NCBI GenBank assembly: GCA_964523575.1
Contig: CAZGAV010000011.1
Span: 2,294-66,293, forward strand
DNA: 64,000 bases
Source of the DNA: an uncultured Ignavibacteriales bacterium
Lineage (GTDB): Bacteria; Zixibacteria; MSB-5A5; GN15; JAAZOE01
Direction: 5' to 3'
The notes beneath the pieces are model-generated. The model was not told the DNA's origin and did no database searches. It was given only the letters and a program-made list of their open reading frames with translations. A program made the position numbers and the translations under genes. The stretch's first letter is position 1; every line of letters begins with the position of its first letter. Positions 18,317 through 25,308 of this stretch are shown one piece after another.

Positions 18317-19687
18317 TCATGAAGCCGGTTTATCTTCGTCGTATTGTTGTAATTTCCGATAGAGGGTTTTGCGGTCGAGGCCGAGGATTCGTGAAGCCAG
18401 AGAACGATTGCCGCCAACGGTATCGAGAACATGGAGAATATAGCGGCGTTCGATCTCTTCCAGAGGAATCAGGTCGGCCGGATTTTCACTGTCGAAAGCC
18501 ATCCGCGAGCCGCGAAAATCATGCACTTTTTCGGGCAAATCTTCAGACGCGATATTATCATAAAGAGTCAGGGCCACGGCCCGTTCGATGGCATTTCGCA
18601 ATTCCCGGACATTTCCCGGCCAGGGATAATCGATCAGTTTCTGGGCGGCCGGTTGTGATATACCGACCACTTTTTTGCCCATCCGCTTGGCGAATTGACG
18701 GACGAAACGTCCGGCGATGAGCAGGATATCGTTGCCGCGGGCCCGCAGGGGCGGGACATCGAGCCGGATGACATTGATGCGGTAATAAAGATCTTCTCTG
18801 AAACGGCCTTCGGTTATGGCCGTTTCGAGGTCCTGATTCGTGGCCGTCAGAAGTCGCACATTGAAATCTGTTTCCGTTTTGCCGCCCACCGGTCGAATAC
18901 GGCGTTCCTCCAAGGCCCGCAACAGCTTGGGTTGCAGGGTCAGGGGAAAATCGCCGATTTCATCGAGCAGGAGCGTTCCCCCTTCGGCTTGTTGAAACAA
19001 ACCCTGGCGATCTTCCCGGGCATCGGTGAAGGCGCCGCGCTTGTGCCCGAATAATTCGCTTTCGAGCAGGTTTTCGGGGAGAGCCGAGCAGTTGATGGCG
19101 ACGAAAGGCTTGTTTTGGCGGCGGCTACGGTTATGCAGAGCCCGCGCCATCAATTCCTTGCCGGTGCCGCTTTCGCCTATGATCAGGACCGAGGTTTCGG
19201 TGTCGGCGATGCGGCTCAACTGCGAAAACAAGTTTATCATCGGTTTGCTTTCGCCGATAATTTCGTCAAACTGCTGTGATTCCTCAAGAGCCTCGCTGAG
19301 AAGATGGACCTTCTGCTGGAGTTCCCGGTGCCGTACGGCCCGTTCGATGGAGAGCGAAAGCAGATCGAGATCGATCGGTTTGGTGACAAAATCATAAGCC
19401 CCGGCCCGAATCGCCGCGATGGCCGAATCCATACTGCCGAAAGCGGTGATGACTATGACGGGAATATCGGGCCGATTGGCGTTGATCCTTTTGCATAATT
19501 CAATGCCGTCGATACCGGGCAGATTTAAATCGGTCAGAACGACGTCGATATCGTCATCCTTCATGCCGGCCAGAGCCTGATGCGGATCGGTGAAGGTGGC
19601 CGGCGTGAAACCCCGGCGGCGAAAATCGCTTTCCAGCAGTTTGCACATCTCATGGTCGTCATCGACGATTATTATTTTTCCGCTCAT
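18317..19687 (-). CDS. Sigma-54-dependent NtrC-family response regulator (REC + AAA+ + Fis-type HTH)
   Basis: REC: IIVDDDHE, VLTDLNLPGIDG. AAA+: Walker A GESGTGKE, sigma-54 contact loop GAFTDA (a GAFTGA variant), LLLDEIGD. The C-terminal HTH is GGNRSLASRILGLDRKTLYRKL. Confidence 0.95.
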   Translation of the reverse strand: MSGKIIIVDDDHEMCKLLESDFRRRGFTPATFTDPHQALAGMKDDDIDVVLTDLNLPGIDGIELCKRINANRPDIPVIVITAFGSMDSAIAAIRAGAYDFVTKPIDLDLLSLSIERAVRHRELQQKVHLLSEALEESQQFDEIIGESKPMINLFSQLSRIADTETSVLIIGESGTGKELMARALHNRSRRQNKPFVAINCSALPENLLESELFGHKRGAFTDAREDRQGLFQQAEGGTLLLDEIGDFPLTLQPKLLRALEERRIRPVGGKTETDFNVRLLTATNQDLETAITEGRFREDLYYRINVIRLDVPPLRARGNDILLIAGRFVRQFAKRMGKKVVGISQPAAQKLIDYPWPGNVRELRNAIERAVALTLYDNIASEDLPEKVHDFRGSRMAFDSENPADLIPLEEIERRYILHVLDTVGGNRSLASRILGLDRKTLYRKLQQYDEDKPAS

Positions 19688-21162
19688 CCTCTCTCCTCGG
19701 CCGGCAGGTAAATCGTAAATCGAGTGCCTTTACCCACCGTGCTTTCGACGGCAATCCATCCCTTGTGTTCCTCGATTATTCCGTAGGCGATTGACAGTCC
19801 CAGCCCGGTCCCCTGTCCGACATCCTTGGTCGAAAAGAAGGGATCGAAAATGAGGTTCAGATTTTCGGGAGCTATGCCCTCGCCCTGATCGGTAATATCG
19901 ATGGCCAGATAATCGCGCTCGGCGGCATCGGCGTGGGCCAGATTTTTGCGGCGATCGGGATACAATTTTATCTCAACGGTTCCGCCCCGGGGCATGGCCT
20001 GGATGGCGTTCATGACGAAATTCATCAGAACCTGCTGAATCTGCGATTGATCGACCGATACTCCCGGAGATTCGCCCTCTTCCACCAATTTCAATGTGAC
20101 CCTGGCCTTACCGGCCATCGGCCGCAGAAGATCCAGAACCTGACTGCACAACTGGCGCATGATCGTTGACATCCGGTGCGTCTGCCGCCGTCGCGCGAAA
20201 TCGAGCAATTGCCGGATAATCCTGATAATCCTCTCAGTCTGCTCGACAATGATGCGCGAATAGTCGCCGATCTCCTCCGAATCCAGTTTCTCGGTGCTCA
20301 ACAGCTTGGCCCGACCGGTAATAACATTCAAGGGAGTACCCAGTTCATGAGCGACGCCGGAGGCCAGCCGGCCGACCGTGGCCAGGCGCTCGGTGTGCCG
20401 CAATTGCTCCATGGTCGACAGCCGTTTTTCGACTTCGGCCCGCAGTTTCTCGCGGGAAAGCTGCAGCTGGGCGCACATCTGATTTAAAGCCCCGGCCAGC
20501 TGCGATAATTCGTGGTGGCCGGAAAGTGTCAGGTCGCAAGAGAAGTTTCCCTGCCCGATCCGCCGGGTTTTTTCCACCAGTTGTTTCAACGGCTGGCCGA
20601 CATATCGGTTACCGAGAATCCATAAAAAACCCAGACCCAAGAGGATCAGGACGACCGACAGAATGACGACCCGGATGGCCGTTTCCCTGGTATAATGCCG
20701 CAGACTGCCCATCGGTTCTTCCAGTTCAATGGCGCCCAGCTTCATATCTTTTGCATTGACCGGGACATAGGTGCGCATGAACTGGCGACCGTACTCATCG
20801 ACATAATGCAACGAAGTATCCCGGCCCTGTTCCACGGGGAGAAGATATTCGGGCCGGACATCGGGCGGCAAAGTCGGTTCGCTCACGCTGCTGGGATAAA
20901 TCCAGCGAATGCGGATACTGTTTTCGGCGCGGTTGATTTCATGAATTCGCCGCAACGCCCGTTCGGGATTATTCTGGAACATCGCCTCGGATACCATGCC
21001 TCCGGCCAATTGACCCAGCTGGACGGCTGTGGATTGCATATTATTGTGGAAAAGATCTATTTCGCGCCGCACCGATAAATAACCGTCGATGACGATCGTA
21101 AGCAGAATAATCGGAAATAATACAATCAGTAATTTTAGCGTCAGTCGCATAGGCCTGTCCAA
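19684..21162 (-). CDS. Membrane sensor histidine kinase (periplasmic domain + HAMP + HisKA + HATPase)
   Basis: Two TM segments flank a ~150-aa loop, followed by a HAMP-like linker. H-box SGVAHELGTPLNVI; DQGEGI and GTGLGLSIA boxes. There is a 4-nt overlap with the activator gene. Confidence 0.9.
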   Translation of the reverse strand: MDRPMRLTLKLLIVLFPIILLTIVIDGYLSVRREIDLFHNNMQSTAVQLGQLAGGMVSEAMFQNNPERALRRIHEINRAENSIRIRWIYPSSVSEPTLPPDVRPEYLLPVEQGRDTSLHYVDEYGRQFMRTYVPVNAKDMKLGAIELEEPMGSLRHYTRETAIRVVILSVVLILLGLGFLWILGNRYVGQPLKQLVEKTRRIGQGNFSCDLTLSGHHELSQLAGALNQMCAQLQLSREKLRAEVEKRLSTMEQLRHTERLATVGRLASGVAHELGTPLNVITGRAKLLSTEKLDSEEIGDYSRIIVEQTERIIRIIRQLLDFARRRQTHRMSTIMRQLCSQVLDLLRPMAGKARVTLKLVEEGESPGVSVDQSQIQQVLMNFVMNAIQAMPRGGTVEIKLYPDRRKNLAHADAAERDYLAIDITDQGEGIAPENLNLIFDPFFSTKDVGQGTGLGLSIAYGIIEEHKGWIAVESTVGKGTRFTIYLPAEERG

Positions 21163-21212
21163 TTTATCCTAATAGAATACTCAATATTGCGGCGGAAAAC
21201 TCCAAAGTCAAG

Positions 21213-23735
21213 TTAATGCGCACGCTTCGCCTGCCTGATTGCGCGTTCGCGGCGCTTCTGGTGCATGTGTTTGAGCAGGCCCGGTTCCCGCGATCCGAAA
21301 ATCTTAAAGGCCAGTAACTTGGAACCATCTTCGATTATAAAACCGGCCAATGCATAAGCCCACACGACTCCGGCCCAGCCCCAGCCGATGGGAGCCATCA
21401 GGAAGCCATACACGGAAATCAGGGTCGCTACCATTTGGGTCAATATAACTGCGGCCAAAAGCGGCGTGCCCGGTCGCGAGGACCAGAAGGGCCGCTCGGT
21501 TCGGGTGACAAAAATTGTCAGATGGCCGGCCACCGAAAGCTTGAGATACATGAAAGTCTGAAGCATATCACGGCTCAAGTTGAAAACCCTCTCACCCAGA
21601 AAGAAAAGGCCGAAAGATTCGATCACGCCAATCACGCCCAGAACAGTGGCAATCGGCAAAAGGATATGCATATCCCAGGCATCGGGACCCAGCGATTCCG
21701 TAACGCGGTCATAGGCAATGGACAGTATCGCGCCGTCGTTGAGCAGGGCCAGAAGAACAATCATAACGGCCGTAACCGGATAAAAATTGAAGGCCAGAAT
21801 CGACAGCGTCATGAACAGCAGGACCCGGATAGTTTCGGCTATTCGATAGGTGGCGTAAGCCTGCATCCTTTTGAATATTTTCCGGCTTTCGTGAATGGCC
21901 GAAATAATAACCGACAGACCCTTGGTCAGGAGAACGATGTCGGAGGCCGAACGGGCCGCATCGGTAGCGTCGGAAACGGCGATGCCGACGTCGGCTTTTT
22001 TCAGCGCCGGAGCGTCGTTGACGCCATCGCCGGTCATACCGACGATATGGTCCCGCTTTTGAAGGGCGGCTACAATATTGTATTTATGCTCGGGGAAAAC
22101 CTGGGCGAAACCATCGGCTTCTTCGATCTGGACCGGGGAAAAATCAAATGTGGCCTGATCCTCGCCGTCGGCGGAAATTTGCAGAATATTGGTGCCCAGG
22201 CCGAGTTGACGGGCTGTCTCTCGGGCGATGGCCTCCTGGTCGCCGGTGATCATTTTCACCGTGACGCCCATTTGCCGCGCCTGTTCAATGGTCGCTTTCG
22301 AATCCTCGCGCGGCGGATCATACAGAGGCAAAATCCCCAGAAACTGCCAACGGCCTTTTTTATCGGTTCGGGCCACGCCCAGCGAGCGATAGCCGCGTTG
22401 AGCGAAAGATTCGATCTCCTGCAGAGTATCTTTTTCGATATCGGCTGAATTTACCGACATTTTCAAAATGACCTGCGGCGCCCCTTTGGACACGCGGAAA
22501 GCCCGGCCGTCTTTTGGTTCAACCGCGGCTTCGGTTTTTTTATGCACCGGATCGAAGGGGATGAATTCGGTGACTTTGTAGTCTTTCAGCAGGTCTTTAT
22601 CTTCCAACCCTTCCACGACGGCGACGTCGATCGGGTCATTATCTTCTTCTCGTGAAGCCAATGCCGCCGCCAGAAAAATATCGCCGGCCGTGACCCCTTT
22701 AACGGTGAACGGTTCGGCGGCTTTTAATGAATTCTGGGTGAGGGTGCCGGTTTTATCGCTGCATAATATATCCACTCCGGCCAGTTCTTCTATTGAGGCC
22801 AGCCGGGAAACGATAGCTTTCTTGGCCGCCAGCAATCTGGCCCCGGCTGCCATAGTGACCGACAAGACCGTCGGCATGGCGATAGGAATCGCCGCCACCA
22901 GAAGCACTAACGCAAACTGCATGGTGGTGGCCAGGCGGTCGCCGCGGAAGATGGAGACGGTGAGGATAATAATAACGAGAAAGACCGCCAGGACAATGAG
23001 ATAGTCGCCGATTTTAAGCACCGCCCGCTGAAGGTGGCTCAGCCCGCCGTCTTCCTTGACCAATTGGGCCGTTTTACCGAAATAGGTCGCATCCCCGATG
23101 GCGCCGACCACAGCCCGGGCTTCGCCGCGCTTGACATTGGAACCGGAATAGACTTTCTCCTTCTTGTGACGCGACACCGGCAATGATTCTCCGGTGAGGG
23201 CCGCCTGATCGACCTGAATTTCGTCGTCGTCAATCAGAACAGCATCGGCCGGTATGATATCGCCGGACCGTAAACGGATCAAATCCCCCGGCACCAGGTC
23301 CCGAACGGGAATAATTTTCCATTCTCCGCCTCTTCTGACCCGAGCTTTGATCGCCAGAGTCTCCTTGAGAGCGGCGATAGTGTTGTCGGCCTGGTATTCC
23401 TCCCAAAAACCGATACAGGCGTTAATCAGGAGCATGGCTACGATAATACCGAAATCGCTCCAATGGCGGACGATAATCGAAAGCACCGCCGCGGCCTCGA
23501 TCATCCACGGAATCGGTCCCCAGAAATAACTCAGGAATTTCAGGATCGGATGCGTTTTATGCTCGACCAGTTCATTATAACCGTACTGCTCGTGCCCTGC
23601 CCTCACTTCGCTGTCGCTCAATCCCGCTTCGTTGAACTGAGGGATAACGGCGGCCTCGGAGTCATTATGGGATCGAGGGGCGTCATTATCCGATTGGGAC
23701 GCCGCCGGATGATCAGTCACTGCCTTTCCACTCAT
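21213..23735 (-). CDS. P-type ATPase, type IIIA (plasma-membrane H+-ATPase-like)
   Basis: P-type motifs TGES, DKTGTLT, MITGDQ and GDGVNDAPALKKADVGIAV. The N-terminus (YGYNELVEHKTHPILKFLSYFWGPIPWMIEAAAV) and the TM6 region (LLALLNDGAILSIAYDRV) resemble plant/fungal proton pumps. Confidence 0.9.
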   Translation of the reverse strand: MSGKAVTDHPAASQSDNDAPRSHNDSEAAVIPQFNEAGLSDSEVRAGHEQYGYNELVEHKTHPILKFLSYFWGPIPWMIEAAAVLSIIVRHWSDFGIIVAMLLINACIGFWEEYQADNTIAALKETLAIKARVRRGGEWKIIPVRDLVPGDLIRLRSGDIIPADAVLIDDDEIQVDQAALTGESLPVSRHKKEKVYSGSNVKRGEARAVVGAIGDATYFGKTAQLVKEDGGLSHLQRAVLKIGDYLIVLAVFLVIIILTVSIFRGDRLATTMQFALVLLVAAIPIAMPTVLSVTMAAGARLLAAKKAIVSRLASIEELAGVDILCSDKTGTLTQNSLKAAEPFTVKGVTAGDIFLAAALASREEDNDPIDVAVVEGLEDKDLLKDYKVTEFIPFDPVHKKTEAAVEPKDGRAFRVSKGAPQVILKMSVNSADIEKDTLQEIESFAQRGYRSLGVARTDKKGRWQFLGILPLYDPPREDSKATIEQARQMGVTVKMITGDQEAIARETARQLGLGTNILQISADGEDQATFDFSPVQIEEADGFAQVFPEHKYNIVAALQKRDHIVGMTGDGVNDAPALKKADVGIAVSDATDAARSASDIVLLTKGLSVIISAIHESRKIFKRMQAYATYRIAETIRVLLFMTLSILAFNFYPVTAVMIVLLALLNDGAILSIAYDRVTESLGPDAWDMHILLPIATVLGVIGVIESFGLFFLGERVFNLSRDMLQTFMYLKLSVAGHLTIFVTRTERPFWSSRPGTPLLAAVILTQMVATLISVYGFLMAPIGWGWAGVVWAYALAGFIIEDGSKLLAFKIFGSREPGLLKHMHQKRRERAIRQAKRAH

Positions 23736-23749
23736 ACTCGTCTCACAAC

Positions 23750-24295
23750 CTATTCTTCAACGGTTTCCGCGGGTACCTTTTTAATGGTTTTCAACGCTTC
23801 CCGCGCCAGAACGGCGACATGCTCCCATGGTCCCAAAGTGCGAATATCGTCCAGAACTTCAAGCACCGGCTGGCGCAAATGACGCTGGCGCTCGAGGTCA
23901 TGGAGTACATGATGAGCGCCGTTGCGCAACGATTCCGATTCCGGTCTTTCAACCAGCCCCCGAAGCAGAGGTTCGATGGCGGCCTTATTCAGGGCTATCA
24001 GGGCCTCGGCGGCCAGCCATTGAATTTCATAATCTTCATCGCTCAGGGCCTCGACGAGGTTATCACCGGTTTCGGGATCCTTGATGGTAATTAGGGCTTT
24101 GGCCGCTTCCCAACGGGCGTCATCGCCACCTTCTTTGAGTATTTTGATCAACCAGGGACTGGCTTCCCGGCCCAATTTTTCAAACTCCATTCGAGCTTCG
24201 TGCCGCACCATCCAATTTCGGTCGCTCAGGTTGTCTGCCAATCTCTTCAGTGTGGCCGGTGTCGGTTTACTTTTATCTTCGGTTTGAGCTGTCAT
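23750..24295 (-). CDS. HEAT-repeat protein
   Basis: Repeated D..W.VR..AA.AL-type HEAT/PBS-lyase repeats (NWMVRHEARMEF, DARWEAAKALI, EIQWLAAEALI). It ends 14 nt upstream of the ATPase gene. Confidence 0.8.
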   Translation of the reverse strand: MTAQTEDKSKPTPATLKRLADNLSDRNWMVRHEARMEFEKLGREASPWLIKILKEGGDDARWEAAKALITIKDPETGDNLVEALSDEDYEIQWLAAEALIALNKAAIEPLLRGLVERPESESLRNGAHHVLHDLERQRHLRQPVLEVLDDIRTLGPWEHVAVLAREALKTIKKVPAETVEE

Positions 24296-24352
24296 CTCTT
24301 CTCCTTTATCGAATCCACCTTATTTTTCTATCCTGTCATCCACATTTAATTT

Positions 24353-24368
24353 AGCAAAGCCCTTGCCA
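24353..24368 (-). promoter_or_regulatory. Sigma-54 (-24/-12) promoter upstream of the HEAT/H+-ATPase/kinase/activator operon
   Basis: The minus strand reads TGGCAAGGGCTTTGCT with correct GG-N10-GC spacing. It lies about 57 nt upstream of the start codon at 24295. Confidence 0.6.
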
Positions 24369-24648
24369 AAGAACACGGAAGTCGTCCGATGGGCCTTATC
24401 GCCATCGAGACAACAGGTTATCCGAATCCGGGAGGTCACAATGACAATTCGCGGCAATCTCGGAATGGGGCATAATGCCACAATGGGTAATGATGCTACA
24501 TCTATTACCCTACTTTCGAAGCCTGCCAGTTTTCAGGAATATGGCCCGCTGACAACTTCGGCTGCGGTAGTCTTTCTCAATATATACGGACTCAAATCGA
24601 GACCCGGCTCGCACGGTCCTGTGCCGGTCACAACGGTTTCGATAGTTC

Positions 24649-24664
24649 CGGCACGAAAATTGCA
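24649..24664 (+). promoter_or_regulatory. Sigma-54 (-24/-12) promoter upstream of the small secreted protein gene
   Basis: The plus strand reads CGGCACGAAAATTGCA. It lies about 37 nt upstream of the ATG at 24702 and is divergent from the promoter at 24353-24368. Confidence 0.65.
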
Positions 24665-24701
24665 TCAGAGAAAAATAAAAATTGTGGAAGGAGCCCACAT
24701 C

Positions 24702-25142
24702 ATGTTAAAGAAAATTGCGATTCTTTTGGGTATGGCGGCCATGATCGCCTGGCCGGGGAGTCATGCCATGGCCCAGCCCAAAACCGAATCCAATGGCGCC
24801 ATGAGCGCTCTAATCGCCTCCACCTCGCCCGATTCTATCCGTAGTCTGGACACGAAAGACGTCATCGACGCTCTGCTGATCGACGGGACCAAAATGGAAG
24901 CTTCTTATGATTCACTGCAGACCAATTTCGAAAGCCTGACAAAAATAAAGGACGATGAGGCTCGCCGGACGGAAACGGCTATTTATAAAACAGAGATGCA
25001 AACCCTGCGGGATAAACTCTCGGAAGAGATGGATGAATTGCGATTCCTGAGATCGATGTCCCAATCGGAAACGGCCGCGTCTGCCGGGGAAGTACGGGCT
25101 CAGCCGGCCAAGGTTACCAAGGGAGACGCCACCGGCCACTGA
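24702..25142 (+). CDS. Small secreted hypothetical protein (146 aa)
   Basis: The internal ATG is preceded by GGAAGGAG and followed by a signal peptide (MLKKIAILLGMAAMIAWPGSHAMAQ). The longer track ORF (from 24363) would run through the sigma-54 promoter. The mature part is helical and charged. Confidence 0.65.
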   Translation: MLKKIAILLGMAAMIAWPGSHAMAQPKTESNGAMSALIASTSPDSIRSLDTKDVIDALLIDGTKMEASYDSLQTNFESLTKIKDDEARRTETAIYKTEMQTLRDKLSEEMDELRFLRSMSQSETAASAGEVRAQPAKVTKGDATGH

Positions 25143-25225
25143 CGGCCGTCATTGGGGATGGAGAAATGAAGAGGGATGTGAAAATTTCAGTTTTATGAGG
25201 TGGATTTCCTTCCTGGGTATGTCAA

Positions 25226-25257
25226 AGGGATGCGACCGGGACGTCGCATCCCTTTTT
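25226..25257. terminator. Bidirectional rho-independent terminator between convergent genes
   Basis: A 10-bp stem GGGATGCGAC / GTCGCATCCC with a 6-nt loop, an A-run on the 5' side and T6 on the 3' side. Confidence 0.7.
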
Positions 25258-25308
25258 TAATATACTCCAATCACTCCCGGATTGCCGGGAGTTTAGTTTT
25301 CAGCGACA

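Noticed and set aside
21435-22448. Long antisense or out-of-frame ORFs. Examples: 21435..22448 (337 aa), 32134..33210 (358 aa), 37077..37931 (284 aa), 9580..10179, 26527..27216, 50266..50988, 3066..3710.
   Set aside because: Each lies entirely inside, and mostly opposite to, a gene with unmistakable family motifs (P-type ATPase, MoeA, RND pump, CBS, BNR protein, HYR protein, Kup). Their translations are Arg/Gly/Pro-rich low-complexity sequence, typical of GC-rich shadow ORFs.
24363-24701. N-terminal 113-codon extension of the track ORF 24363..25142.
   Set aside because: The extension runs through the plus-strand sigma-54 promoter at 24649-24664. The internal ATG at 24702 has a GGAAGGAG RBS and is followed by a clean signal peptide, so the shorter CDS is preferred.
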